A DNA stretch of 48,706 nt from an uncultured Candidatus Saccharibacteria bacterium (GCA_964368565.1 CAYJAC010000004.1:1-48706); one strand, 5' to 3'; counted from the stretch's first letter, positions 23,924-33,628 are shown. The notes: generated from the letters alone by a model not told the origin. Program-made: numbers and translations.

Positions 23924-24717
23924 TGCCGCTCGCACTTATTCAAACTCTGTCATATGTAGTGCTCGCTGTGTGGGTGTATATGACAATCTGGTTTATTGTT
24001 GGCACTATCCTTAAAAGAAACGACGTTGCAGACATTGCGTGGGGCATTGGTTTTATCATGGCCGGCATGGTACCGCTCGTCCTATATGGATTTGCTACAG
24101 GTAGGTCACTTGTGGCTATGACGCTTGTCATTATCTGGGGAGGCAGGTTGGCATACCACATAACGAGGCGCAATATTAAAAAGTCAGAGGATGGCAGATA
24201 CGTTGCGTGGAGAAATGCGTGGGGGAAGTGGGCGATACCGCGCGCATACGGTCAGATATTTTTATTGCAAGGAGTCCTTCTTATTCTGGTTGCAATGCCA
24301 GTTTTAGTTATTCATACGTATCGAGGAGGCTCCATGATGGCTCTGGATATAATTGGTATAGCGGTGTGGATGATTGGATTTGTTTTTGAATCTGTAGGCG
24401 ATCGACAGCTGCGCAGTTTTATAGGGAATCCCGAGAACAAGGGCAGGATTCTCGACACGGGACTATGGCGCTATACCCGCCACCCGAATTATTTTGGAGA
24501 AGTCACTCAGTGGTGGGGATTAGGCATCCTTGCCTTGTCTGTGCCGTACGGCTGGATAGGATTGATTGGACCTCTTACGATCACATTCCTTATCCTGAAG
24601 GTCTCTGGTGTGCCGATGCTAGAAAAAAACATGGAAAAGAATCCGCTTTTTGATGAGTATAGAAAAAGGACAAGTAGATTTCTTCCAATGCTGCAAAGAA
24701 AAGTAATTACCCAGTAA
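23923..24717 (+). CDS. DUF1295 / steroid 5-alpha-reductase-like membrane protein
   Basis: LWRYTRHPNYFGE motif; multi-TM. Start overlaps the upstream stop (TAATG). Confidence 0.75.
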   Translation: MPLALIQTLSYVVLAVWVYMTIWFIVGTILKRNDVADIAWGIGFIMAGMVPLVLYGFATGRSLVAMTLVIIWGGRLAYHITRRNIKKSEDGRYVAWRNAWGKWAIPRAYGQIFLLQGVLLILVAMPVLVIHTYRGGSMMALDIIGIAVWMIGFVFESVGDRQLRSFIGNPENKGRILDTGLWRYTRHPNYFGEVTQWWGLGILALSVPYGWIGLIGPLTITFLILKVSGVPMLEKNMEKNPLFDEYRKRTSRFLPMLQRKVITQ

Positions 24718-24728
24718 TAATAAAAAGA

Positions 24729-25094
24729 ATGAAAATCAAAGATATAGCGTTTACTTCGTATTCGGTTACCGATATCAAGAGATCGAAGGAATTTTATGAG
24801 GGTGTGCTCGGCCTCATACCTGCGAGTGTCTATGATGCAGAAGGTATGACATTTATCGAATATGAAATCGGTTCAGGATGCGTCACAATCGGTACGGGCA
24901 ATGATAACTTCAAGCCAGGGCCAGCGGGTGGAGGCATCGTTACCTTTGAAGTAGAAAATTTTGATGAAGCGATGGGTGAGCTTAAGGCAAAGAAAGTAGC
25001 CATTGTTATGGATGCAATGGATACGGGTGTTTGTCATTTGGCTATCATCGAGGATCCAGACGGCAACAGGATAATGATTCACAAGAAGAAATAG
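24729..25094 (+). CDS. VOC (glyoxalase/bleomycin-resistance) family protein
   Basis: 121 aa. FYEGVLGL and IEDPDGNRIMI are typical VOC beta-alpha-beta-beta-beta modules. Confidence 0.8.
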   Translation: MKIKDIAFTSYSVTDIKRSKEFYEGVLGLIPASVYDAEGMTFIEYEIGSGCVTIGTGNDNFKPGPAGGGIVTFEVENFDEAMGELKAKKVAIVMDAMDTGVCHLAIIEDPDGNRIMIHKKK

Positions 25095-25113
25095 GGCGGT
25101 GTGCTGCTTTGCA

Positions 25114-25869
25114 TTATCGACTTCTTGCGAACGCATCTTTGGTCGGTATGTTTACCGTAAAAGTTGATCCTTTACCTGACATACTCTCGACGACGATAGT
25201 ACCACCAAAATCCGTCTCTACCATGCTTTTTGTGGCGGATAATCCCAAACCCATGCCGGCGTGCTTGGGTTTTGTTGTATAAAAGTGTTCGAATATCTTT
25301 TTGAGAGACCTTTTAGGTATGCCACAACCGAAGTCCTGTACTTTGAATATCAAAGATTTAGAATTTTGTATTTCGACTGATACAAGGATTTTTCTACGAG
25401 CGGCTTTTTCCGTGTCCTCATATGAATCAATAGCATTTGAGATGAGATTGACCGCTATCTGAAAGAACTTTACCGGATTGCCTCTGATTGATATGTCGGG
25501 ATCAAGGCGAGCTTTTATTTCGACTCCAGCCTTCAATGATTTATGAAGTAGAAGGTCCATTGCATCGCGTACCTCGTGTTCAACTGCAAAGCTGCGTAGT
25601 CCGTGGCTGGTATCGAGCTGTTTTCGTGCGGTCTGTATAAAGTCCTTGATTCGTTGGGATGCCCTCATAGCGCGCTCGAGCTGTGCTGCCGATTCGGTAC
25701 TTTTGTCGACGAGCTCGCTTTGAATATGCTCTATGGCTAGCAGTACAGTAGTGAGTGGGTTGAGTAGGTCATGAAATACGCCGGACGACAGCCTGCCGAA
25801 CTCTACGAACCTGTAAAGCTGCGCCATTTTCTCTAACTGAGCATGGGTGAGTTCGGCGGTATGTGGCAT
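25114..25869 (-). CDS. Sensor histidine kinase (cytoplasmic, no TM or sensor domain)
   Basis: H-box FHDLLNPLT, N-box LISNAIDS, G-boxes DFGCGIP and GMGLGLS. Confidence 0.88.
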   Translation of the reverse strand: MPHTAELTHAQLEKMAQLYRFVEFGRLSSGVFHDLLNPLTTVLLAIEHIQSELVDKSTESAAQLERAMRASQRIKDFIQTARKQLDTSHGLRSFAVEHEVRDAMDLLLHKSLKAGVEIKARLDPDISIRGNPVKFFQIAVNLISNAIDSYEDTEKAARRKILVSVEIQNSKSLIFKVQDFGCGIPKRSLKKIFEHFYTTKPKHAGMGLGLSATKSMVETDFGGTIVVESMSGKGSTFTVNIPTKDAFARSR

Positions 25870-25870
25870 A

Positions 25871-26560
25871 TTAGTCGATTATGTTATGTCCCGGGTCGTC
25901 TATTTTGTACCCTCGCCCAGGGACAGTCTGGATGAGTTTTCGTCTCGATGCGGCGTCAATTTTTTTTCGTAGGTTAAGAATGTGCGCCTCGATAGTGTTT
26001 GAGAATGGGTCGAGCTCGTCATTCCAAACATGTTCCATGAGTGCTGAGCGTGATACGACGTTGCCAGAATGTCTCATAAGGTATTCGATGAGGGCGAACT
26101 CCTTTCGGGTGAGGTAAATGTCTCTTGTTCCGCGCCGGACTTTCTGGCTCATCGAATCGAGGGTCAGGTCGGCGATACGTAGGGAAGGGGCAACCATCGC
26201 CTTTGGTCTGCGTAAGAGAGCTCTGATCCGAGAGGATAGTTCCTTGTATGAAAAAGGTTTTGTAACATAGTCATCTGCGCCCGCATTCAATACCGCGACC
26301 TTGTCGGATATTTCTGATTCGACTGACAGCATGATGATGGGTGTTGTTTTACCGCTGGACCGGATGTCCCTGCATACCTCGAGCCCATTCTTCTTTGCCA
26401 TAATGTTGTCGAGGAGGATCAAATCGTATTCGTGTACCCGTCCCATGTACGAGCCGTCCTCGCCATTGCCGGCTGTATCGACCACAAAGGACTCCATTTG
26501 TAGGTTTTTTTTAAGGAATTCCCGTATGTCCTTATCATCATCAATGACGAGAATGCGCAT
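25871..26560 (-). CDS. OmpR-family response regulator
   Basis: Receiver domain (MRILVIDDD ... LILLDNIM ... K in VTKPF) plus a winged helix (LTRKEFALIEYL, VPGRGYKI). Confidence 0.92.
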   Translation of the reverse strand: MRILVIDDDKDIREFLKKNLQMESFVVDTAGNGEDGSYMGRVHEYDLILLDNIMAKKNGLEVCRDIRSSGKTTPIIMLSVESEISDKVAVLNAGADDYVTKPFSYKELSSRIRALLRRPKAMVAPSLRIADLTLDSMSQKVRRGTRDIYLTRKEFALIEYLMRHSGNVVSRSALMEHVWNDELDPFSNTIEAHILNLRKKIDAASRRKLIQTVPGRGYKIDDPGHNIID

Positions 26561-26586
26561 GGTTGTTGGGGGGTTAGGGTTATCCT

Positions 26587-26604
26587 ACTACACTTTAGTG
26601 TAGT
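26587..26604. promoter_or_regulatory. Perfect 7-4-7 palindrome ACTACAC-TTTA-GTGTAGT in the divergent promoter region
   Basis: Lies between the response regulator start (26560, minus) and the DUF1761 gene (26699, plus). Confidence 0.4.
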
Positions 26605-26698
26605 GACAAGTACGGTTATTCACAAATTCAGTTTTTCTTTATCTTTTAGCCCCGATTTCTATGTATACTAGAGGTATTACTTCTTAATCTTCCTCCGC

Positions 26699-27121
26699 AT
26701 GTTTTTTGGAAACCTCAACTACATAATCATCATTATTGCTGCCGTAGTCGGCATGGGTTTGGGTGTTGTATGGCATGCACCTTTTGTTTTCGGAAGGCTG
26801 TGGCTCAAATATGCGGGTTGGACCCCAGAACACCTTTCGTCAAAGAAGGCAAAGCAATCCATGTTAGCTGTGCATGGTGCCATGACTATCAGTATGCTTG
26901 TGCAGGCCTTCATTCTCGCAGGTCTTTTTAACTCTTTGGTCATTGTGGGATTTAATGCAATGCTTTTGGTTGGTCTGTGCGTCTGGGTCGGTTTCGTTGT
27001 ACCAGCAAAGCTTGCTGATTATCTGTACGGCGGCGACTCGTGGCAGTATCTATTGATTGAGGCGGGGTATCAGTTAGCGGCGATTCTTCTCATGTCTCTC
27101 ATTATTGGGATTTTTGGTTAA
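26699..27121 (+). CDS. DUF1761-like membrane protein
   Basis: NYIIIIIAAVVGMGLGVVWHAPFVFGRLWLKYAG resembles the DUF1761 N-terminus. A TTTCTTTATC motif and TATACT lie upstream. Confidence 0.65.
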   Translation: MFFGNLNYIIIIIAAVVGMGLGVVWHAPFVFGRLWLKYAGWTPEHLSSKKAKQSMLAVHGAMTISMLVQAFILAGLFNSLVIVGFNAMLLVGLCVWVGFVVPAKLADYLYGGDSWQYLLIEAGYQLAAILLMSLIIGIFG

Positions 27122-27183
27122 GAAATAGTTTTTGTACCAGAGTTTTTAATTGCATACCAACATCTATTTGGTATAGTGGCCCC

Positions 27184-28128
27184 ATGACATACGAAATCCT
27201 TTTGTACTATAAATACGCGACCGTGCGCAATCCTGTGAAATTCATGGATGAGCAGCGCGCTTTTTGCGAGAAGCACGGCCTAAAAGGCCGCATCATCGTG
27301 GCCAAAGAAGGTATAAACGGAACTATCGAAGGGCTCACCAAGGACACTAGGGCCTACCGGAAATTTCTCAATTCAATAGTCGGATTCAAAACTATTCATT
27401 GGAAAATCAGTGAAGGGAACGGTCAGGCATTCCGCAAGCTCTCGGTGCGGGTGCGCCCAGAGATAGTTTCGCTGTCTCTAGTAAAGAGCAAGGACACTGA
27501 TGTTGACCCACGCAAGGTGACGGGCAAGTATCTCAAACCAGAGATGTTAAAGAAATGGTTTGATAAGGGTGAGAAATTCACCATCATAGATATGCGCAAC
27601 GACTATGAACACAAAGTGGGCGCTTTTGAAGGATCTGTGCTGCCGCCCATGGCAAATTTCCGCGATCTGCCAAAAGTAATGCCAAAGCTTAAAAAGTATG
27701 CCAAGGAACGTGTTCTTACAGTTTGCACGGGTGGTGTACGTTGTGAAAAGGCATCTGGTTATCTTATAAAAAAGGGATTCAAGGATGTGTATCAGCTCAA
27801 CGGCGGCATCGTTTCGTTCATGGAAAAATACCCGAACGAGCATTTCAGGGGCTCACTCTATGTTTTTGACAAGCGTGTGACTATGGCTTTTGACAAAGCA
27901 GGTAAAGCAAAAGGGAAGGAGCGTGAGATTATCGGTATCTGTGAGTCATGCAATGCCAAGACCGAGAATTTTGCTGATTGTACGAATGTGGATTGTCGTA
28001 CTCAGCTCCTAACCTGTGAGGAATGTGTTCGTGCCGACAAAGCCTATTGCTCTGTAAAATGCCAGGCAAAGGTAGCAAAACATCCGCATAAGAGGTCTGG
28101 ATCGGTTTCGAAGGCACTTCGCGTTTAG
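27184..28128 (+). CDS. trhO: Rhodanese-related tRNA uridine(34) hydroxylase (UPF0176/YceA family)
   Basis: LLYYKYATV start, GRIIVAKEGINGTIEG, rhodanese active-site loop CTGGVRCEKAS, and a Cys-rich C-terminus. Confidence 0.88.
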   Translation: MTYEILLYYKYATVRNPVKFMDEQRAFCEKHGLKGRIIVAKEGINGTIEGLTKDTRAYRKFLNSIVGFKTIHWKISEGNGQAFRKLSVRVRPEIVSLSLVKSKDTDVDPRKVTGKYLKPEMLKKWFDKGEKFTIIDMRNDYEHKVGAFEGSVLPPMANFRDLPKVMPKLKKYAKERVLTVCTGGVRCEKASGYLIKKGFKDVYQLNGGIVSFMEKYPNEHFRGSLYVFDKRVTMAFDKAGKAKGKEREIIGICESCNAKTENFADCTNVDCRTQLLTCEECVRADKAYCSVKCQAKVAKHPHKRSGSVSKALRV

Positions 28129-28152
28129 TACAGCATGTTCTATACTTAGACC

Positions 28153-29196
28153 ATGAACACAAAAAAGCTTCAGCTCTATTTCTTTATCGGCCTTTTACTG
28201 TCGGTCGTCGCTTTGACGCTCGCTCTTTTCCAGCCATTCATCGCCCCGATCGCACTGGCATTTATGGCATCTATTGCAATCCGCCCCGTTGACAGATGGT
28301 TTTTAGGAAAATTCAAGGGTCGTAGGACACTGGCTGCCGTGGCCACAGTACTATTTGCAATGATCGTAATCATGGTACCTCTTGCTGTACTGGTGCAGCA
28401 GATTACCGCTGAGGCTTTTAACTTTTACGGTGATGTACGTGCTGGTGGTGTTTCAGGTTTTGACTATATAACCAAGTACATCGTGCAGCCTGTTCAGAGC
28501 GTGTTTCCTGAGTTTAATCCAGACATTTCCGGTACTGTACAGACACTTGCAGACAGCTTAGTTTCTAATGCTTCTAAAATATTTTCTTCAACTGCCTCTA
28601 TTGCACTGAGTCTCTTTGTTGCTGTTATTGCGCTCTTTTATATGTTGCGTGACGGTGGAGGTTTTCGAAAATCCATCGTCAAATTGTCGCCACTTTCTGA
28701 CAAGTACGACAACGACATTATTGAGAAGATTGAAAAGGCTGTGAATTCGGTCGTGCGAGGCTCTCTCTTTACCTGTTTATTGCAGGGAACTATAGCAACA
28801 ATCGGTTTTCTCATATTCGGAGTGCCGCACGCTTTGTTGTGGGGAGCACTTACCGCAGTCGTTGCACTGTTGCCGGGTATTGGAACAGCACTGACGATTG
28901 TTCCTTCGATCCTGTTCCTTTTGGCTCAGGATTCGACATGGTCAGCAATCGGTCTTGCGGCATGGGGCATTGTTGCGGTAGGCCTGGTGGATAATTTCAT
29001 CATGCCGATTGTCGTGGGCAGAGGATTCACCGTGCATCCATTGCTCGTGCTTTTGTCGGTCATTGGTGGACTGGCGTTCTTTGGACCGGTGGGACTGTTC
29101 CTGGGACCGCTGGTGATTGCGCTTTTGGCGGCACTCGTCGAGATATATAAGCTCCTTATTCTCGACGATTCGGAAAAGAAGGAGACAAACATTTAA
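28153..29196 (+). CDS. AI-2E family transporter (PerM/UPF0118)
   Basis: Eight-TM profile. VRGSLFTCLLQGTIATIGF and LLPGIGTALTIVP are typical of the family. Confidence 0.85.
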   Translation: MNTKKLQLYFFIGLLLSVVALTLALFQPFIAPIALAFMASIAIRPVDRWFLGKFKGRRTLAAVATVLFAMIVIMVPLAVLVQQITAEAFNFYGDVRAGGVSGFDYITKYIVQPVQSVFPEFNPDISGTVQTLADSLVSNASKIFSSTASIALSLFVAVIALFYMLRDGGGFRKSIVKLSPLSDKYDNDIIEKIEKAVNSVVRGSLFTCLLQGTIATIGFLIFGVPHALLWGALTAVVALLPGIGTALTIVPSILFLLAQDSTWSAIGLAAWGIVAVGLVDNFIMPIVVGRGFTVHPLLVLLSVIGGLAFFGPVGLFLGPLVIALLAALVEIYKLLILDDSEKKETNI

Positions 29197-29218
29197 TTTA
29201 TTTAATAAAGAAAAGAAC

Positions 29219-29599
29219 ATGAAATCAACAGCAGATCTCGCATTGCTCCTTATCCGTGTCGGACTCGCACTTGTGTTTATGGCACACGGCTGGGACAAGA
29301 TAGCCAATATGTCAGATACCATCGGGTTCTTTTCTAGCTTAGGCCTGTCAGCCATTTGGGCGTACGTAGTCGCATATGTCGAGCTCATCGGAGGCCTCCT
29401 CATGCTCTTGGGTGTCGGTACAGGCTGGGCAGGTGTGGCTCTGGCGGCAACTATGGTGGGTGCTATTGTGATGGTAAAGCTGGGCAAGGGATTTTTGGGT
29501 GGATACGAGTTCGACCTTATGCTTTTCTTGGCAGCGATTTCAATTTCATTGGCAGGTGCAGGGGCATACACGGTAAAGTATTTGTTTAAGAAAGGATAA
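29219..29599 (+). CDS. DoxX family membrane protein
   Basis: LLLIRVGLALVFMAHGWDKI motif. ATG 29219 is chosen; the track start at 29117 overlaps the upstream gene. Confidence 0.8.
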   Translation: MKSTADLALLLIRVGLALVFMAHGWDKIANMSDTIGFFSSLGLSAIWAYVVAYVELIGGLLMLLGVGTGWAGVALAATMVGAIVMVKLGKGFLGGYEFDLMLFLAAISISLAGAGAYTVKYLFKKG

Positions 29600-29690
29600 G
29601 AGAGAGGTAGGGTTCTGCCGAAATCTTACCGAAACCCTGCGGGAACCTGTAAAAGGGGATCCTGCGGGTTTTTGTGTATCTATTTCGCTG

Positions 29691-29725
29691 ATTCTCTAGT
29701 TGCGACTGAGTTGCAACTAGAGAAT
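29691..29725. promoter_or_regulatory. 13-bp perfect inverted repeat ATTCTCTAGTTGC-N9-GCAACTAGAGAAT
   Basis: Lies in the 220-nt spacer upstream of the helicase-nuclease gene. No flanking T-run, so it is more operator-like than terminator-like. Confidence 0.4.
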
Positions 29726-29818
29726 ATTGGGAATAGAGGTATGTAAGTGTGAGGTATCGCAGGTGACGCGATCTCTGTAGCGGCTTTGCTTTTTGATAAT
29801 GCTATAATTCTTTTCATA

Positions 29819-32734
29819 ATGAAGACCATTTTTCAGGAGCGTTATGAAAGGCTGAACCCAGCACAAAAAAAGGCCGTCGACACCATCGACGGTCCTGTTA
29901 TGGTCATTGCCGGCCCTGGAACAGGCAAGACGTCGATTTTGACGCTACGTATCGCCAATATACTGCAAACAACAGACACGCCGGCGTCGGGCATTTTAGC
30001 TATTACGTATACCGACGCCGGCGTCAAAGCCATGCGAGCAAAACTGCGCGAGGTAATTGGCGATAGGGCGCATGAGGTTCGTATTCACACATTCCACGGA
30101 TTCGCTGCTTCTGTCATTCATGAATTCGATGACCACTTCCCGCATATTGCTCGGTCAAAGCAGATGACCGACATCGAGGCCGAGACACTGGTGCGCGAGA
30201 TTTTGAAAGATTCTGCCTTTGCTACATTGCGTCCTACAGGCGAGCCGGATTTTTATATACAAAAAATTGTCCGAACTATCAGCGATGCAAAGAGGGAGGC
30301 GTGGACACCAGCTGTGATGCGAAATTTTGGCGCCAAGGAAGCAAAGCGTATAGAGACGGACGAATCATCACTATCTACGCGAGGTCCGACAAAGGGCAAG
30401 CTTAAGGCCGAGGCTCTAAAACGCATTGAGAAATGTGAAAAGACGGCATTGTTTGCAGATGTCTATGCGGCATACGAGGATAAAAAGCGTGAGGCAAAAA
30501 AGATAGACTTTGACGATTTAATAATCGAACTCATCATGGCTCTAAAAAATGATGAGCTGTTGTTGCGCCTTTTACAGGAAAAGTTCTTGTATCTTTTGGT
30601 GGATGAGCATCAGGACACTAATGATTCACAAAATCTTTTGATACGCATGATAGCGGACTTTTTCGAAAGCCCAAACCTGTTTATAGTGGGTGACGAAAAG
30701 CAGGCCATATACCGTTTCCAGGGCGCATCGGTCGAGAACTTCCTCAAGTTCCAGACTATTTGGAGTACCATGAAGATTATTTCACTCCAGACAAACTATA
30801 GGTCGCATCAGTCTATTTTGGATGCGAGCTATTCCCTGATTGAAAACAATTATGACGAGGGGCAGCATGAAAATTTACGTGTTAAATTGTCGGCAGGGGG
30901 CAAGACAACCGCAAAGCCAGTTGACGTGGTAGTAGCGGGGAATGTGGAGGCGGGCGAGCGGTACCTGGTAGACGAGCTTGTAAAGATACGTGTGCGCGAG
31001 CCCGCACATACCGTGGCATTGATTGCTCGTACTAATCGCGATGTGGAGCGACTGATTGCACTTTTGGAAAAAAACTCTATTCCTGCCGCATCGGAACGCG
31101 GTGCGGACATTTTCTCGCATCCACTCGGCATTCTTTTCTTTAACCTTATTCGCTACATGGCTGATCCTTCCCAGATCGAGGCTCTGGCACACACTATTGC
31201 TCATGGCCTCTGGGGACTTACTTTTACAGATCAGGCTCGGTTGGTACGTGTGGTACGCAGTGGCAACATTTCAGATATTGAAAAGGCAATTCCTGTCTTG
31301 GCTTCATTACGACGCGAAATCAGCCGTGCGGGCGCCCTGGAGTTCATTATCACTGCTGCCAACGAATCTGGCTTTACAGATATTGCAGCGCGCAGCCCTC
31401 TGTCTATAGAGGTGTGGCGTGCCATCACAGACCTTGCAGCAGATATTACAAAACGAGGCTCTATTGAAAGTGCTGAAAAGCTGATCGTAGAGTTGCTGGC
31501 GTACCAGGCATCTGCCGAAAACAAGAGCGTCAAAGTATCGTCTGGTACGCCCGATGCCCAAATTCGTATCACCACAGCCCATGGATCAAAAGGACTCGAA
31601 TACGATTATGTTTTCATTCCCTATGCTGTCGAAGAGTCTTGGATCACACGAGCTCGATCCTCATATTTTGTTATGCCAAGCGAACGTGCCGACGGCGACG
31701 AGACGCGTGATGCACGCAGACTGTTCTATGTGGCAATCACACGAGCCCGATTGCATGTGACGCTCATTGCGGGCCTCGAAGAGGGCTTGGGCAAGACATT
31801 GCAGGCAGTGCGATTTATAGACGAGCTCGATCCCTCCCACGTGTCACGAAAAACAATACCTGCTATACATACCACGCCAGTAGCCGCCAAAAGCCTTGCC
31901 CAGAGGGGTCACACAGAGCTTGTTGATTATGCAAAGAGTATTCTTTTGGAGCGTGGTCTTTCGGTAACTGCCTTGAATCATTTTTGTACGTGTCCGAGCC
32001 TTTTCTTTTACAAGAGCATATTGAAAATACCTGAACCACCTGCTGCAAGCGCCGAAAAAGGAAATTCTATGCACGAAGCAATTTCGCGCGTATGGTCGCA
32101 GGAGGATAAGTCAGAAAAGGCTATAACAGAGACTCTTGTTCTAGCCCTCCGTGAATATTTTGGCAGTTCTCTCTTGCCAGCCTTTGAAAAGAAAACAGTT
32201 CTCGCCGAACTTATAGAAAATGCACCAATAGTTGCCACGGCTCTAGTCGGTCATTTCGCTCAAGAGGGAACGATTGCCACCGAAACATGGATGGAATCAG
32301 CATTCCAAGGTACGTATGACGAACAGTCTGTCACGATTAACCTGCACGGAAAACTAGACGCGGTGCTCGATCAAGAATCTGTAGTTTCTGTATATGACTA
32401 CAAAACACGCGGTGCATTATCGCCAGCAGCAATAAAAGGTGAGACAAAAGACTCGACAGGTGATTATTTCAGGCAGCTTATTTTCTACAAAATCCTAATA
32501 GGTGCGAATCACAAGTTTAAGGGCAAGCGTATCGAGCCGTCTCTTGTATTCGTAAAGCCGGATGACAAGGGCCGATGTCCGACCGTCACCGTTCCTGTCG
32601 AAGACGCAGACATCGACCGTGTAAAAGGCGAGGTTCAGACGCTCATAGAATCTGTATGGTCAGGTAAGATGGTTCAAGATACATGCGATGATCCGGAGTG
32701 TGAGTGGTGTAAATTTAAAAAGAAGGATTGGTAA
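29819..32734 (+). CDS. UvrD/AddA-type helicase fused to a C-terminal PD-(D/E)xK nuclease with Cys cluster
   Basis: Helicase motifs: AGPGTGKTS, LVDEHQDTN, NYRS, TAHGSKGLEY, LFYVAITRAR. Nuclease: VYDYKT. Cys residues at FCTCPS and CDDPECEWC resemble the AddB/Cas4 iron-staple arrangement. ATG 29819 is 10 nt after TGcTATAAT. Confidence 0.88.
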   Translation: MKTIFQERYERLNPAQKKAVDTIDGPVMVIAGPGTGKTSILTLRIANILQTTDTPASGILAITYTDAGVKAMRAKLREVIGDRAHEVRIHTFHGFAASVIHEFDDHFPHIARSKQMTDIEAETLVREILKDSAFATLRPTGEPDFYIQKIVRTISDAKREAWTPAVMRNFGAKEAKRIETDESSLSTRGPTKGKLKAEALKRIEKCEKTALFADVYAAYEDKKREAKKIDFDDLIIELIMALKNDELLLRLLQEKFLYLLVDEHQDTNDSQNLLIRMIADFFESPNLFIVGDEKQAIYRFQGASVENFLKFQTIWSTMKIISLQTNYRSHQSILDASYSLIENNYDEGQHENLRVKLSAGGKTTAKPVDVVVAGNVEAGERYLVDELVKIRVREPAHTVALIARTNRDVERLIALLEKNSIPAASERGADIFSHPLGILFFNLIRYMADPSQIEALAHTIAHGLWGLTFTDQARLVRVVRSGNISDIEKAIPVLASLRREISRAGALEFIITAANESGFTDIAARSPLSIEVWRAITDLAADITKRGSIESAEKLIVELLAYQASAENKSVKVSSGTPDAQIRITTAHGSKGLEYDYVFIPYAVEESWITRARSSYFVMPSERADGDETRDARRLFYVAITRARLHVTLIAGLEEGLGKTLQAVRFIDELDPSHVSRKTIPAIHTTPVAAKSLAQRGHTELVDYAKSILLERGLSVTALNHFCTCPSLFFYKSILKIPEPPAASAEKGNSMHEAISRVWSQEDKSEKAITETLVLALREYFGSSLLPAFEKKTVLAELIENAPIVATALVGHFAQEGTIATETWMESAFQGTYDEQSVTINLHGKLDAVLDQESVVSVYDYKTRGALSPAAIKGETKDSTGDYFRQLIFYKILIGANHKFKGKRIEPSLVFVKPDDKGRCPTVTVPVEDADIDRVKGEVQTLIESVWSGKMVQDTCDDPECEWCKFKKKDW

Positions 32735-32735
32735 T

Positions 32736-32763
32736 AAAAAATCCCGCTTATGCGGGATTTTTT
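32736..32763. terminator. Bidirectional intrinsic terminator
   Basis: AAAAAATCCCGC-ttat-GCGGGATTTTTT between convergent genes. Confidence 0.85.
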
Positions 32764-32779
32764 AATTCAGTGTAGATAA

Positions 32780-33469
32780 CTAATTCTTGAGAATTGTTTC
32801 TATAATTGTCTTCATATCATTATACGGTAGCGCACCCTGAGTAAGAGGGATTTTCTCACCCTTTGCAAAGATCACACTGTAAGGAGTACCACCAGCACCT
32901 GCTTTGATAACATCCTGTTGCTGTTGCTCGATTTTTGCTTTGTACTTTCCGCTGTTAAGGCATGTATTGAATTTCGTAACGTCGAGGCCGACTTCCTTTG
33001 CGATGACGGGGAGCTGAGCGAGGTCGATACCATTATTAGACTTTGTTGCTGCAAATATCTTGTCGGTATATGACCAGAATGCATCGTTACCACCGACTTC
33101 TGCAGCACATTCGATAGCCTCACCTTCCTTTATCGAGTTTTCATGTACAGGGAAATGTCGGAATGCCCATGCAAGCTGACCCTTTGCACCATAGTCATCC
33201 ATAAGCATGTGCAGGGTATTGTGGAAGTTTTTACAGAAAGGACATTCAATATCTGAATACTCTACTATGACAATAGGGGCATTACGGTCACCGAGCACAT
33301 GGTCAGCAGCGGTTATTGGTTCAATACCAACAACCTGCGCTGTTGGCTGCTGGTTGCGAGCAGCAGGCGCCGTCGCACTGCGATTACTCATATATATACC
33401 GCCTGCGATAAGGGCGCCTGCAATAATGATTGCTACGGGGATTGAAAGTGATTGATTTTGTGTTTCCAT
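32780..33469 (-). CDS. DsbA-family thiol:disulfide oxidoreductase (membrane-anchored)
   Basis: N-terminal TM helix and thioredoxin-fold CPFC active site. Confidence 0.88.
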   Translation of the reverse strand: METQNQSLSIPVAIIIAGALIAGGIYMSNRSATAPAARNQQPTAQVVGIEPITAADHVLGDRNAPIVIVEYSDIECPFCKNFHNTLHMLMDDYGAKGQLAWAFRHFPVHENSIKEGEAIECAAEVGGNDAFWSYTDKIFAATKSNNGIDLAQLPVIAKEVGLDVTKFNTCLNSGKYKAKIEQQQQDVIKAGAGGTPYSVIFAKGEKIPLTQGALPYNDMKTIIETILKN

Positions 33470-33628
33470 GAAAAAGATTATATCACACGCTATTCCGTAC
33501 CATTTACAGCTTTGTCAGGGTACAGGTCGCTGGCCTGGAGGCCATCGCCTTCACTCTCGCGCCGTCGCGCTCCGAGAGCCCCTTCTAAAGCTGTAAATGG
33601 TACGGAATACAATGCTATAATCTTTTTC
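33470..33628. promoter_or_regulatory. Mirror-image duplicated divergent promoters flanking a 73-nt GC-rich core
   Basis: Both outward-reading sides read AAAGCTGTAAATGGTACGGAATA-(6 or 8 nt)-TATAATCTTTTTC-ATG. The perfect 23-bp arms are 33491-33513 and 33587-33609. The -10 boxes are 33477-33482 (minus) and 33616-33621 (plus). Confidence 0.7.

Noticed and set aside
28942-29571. 209-aa minus-strand ORF spanning the AI-2E/DoxX junction.
   Set aside because: It is antisense to two well-supported membrane protein genes. Its composition (Pro/Ala/Arg/Ser-rich) is typical of antisense frames of hydrophobic genes.
29600-29690. Direct repeat CCTGCGGG (twice) after DoxX as a possible terminator.
   Set aside because: The two copies are direct, not inverted. 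Only weak 4-5-bp pairings are possible, so no terminator is called.
33452-33628. 59-aa N-terminal extension of the bcp ORF given in the track.
   Set aside because: The extension is translated from the inverted repeat and GC-rich core (Arg/Ser/Pro-rich) and overlaps the dsbA start. Bcp homology begins at Met 33629, which has a consensus -10 box 7 nt upstream.
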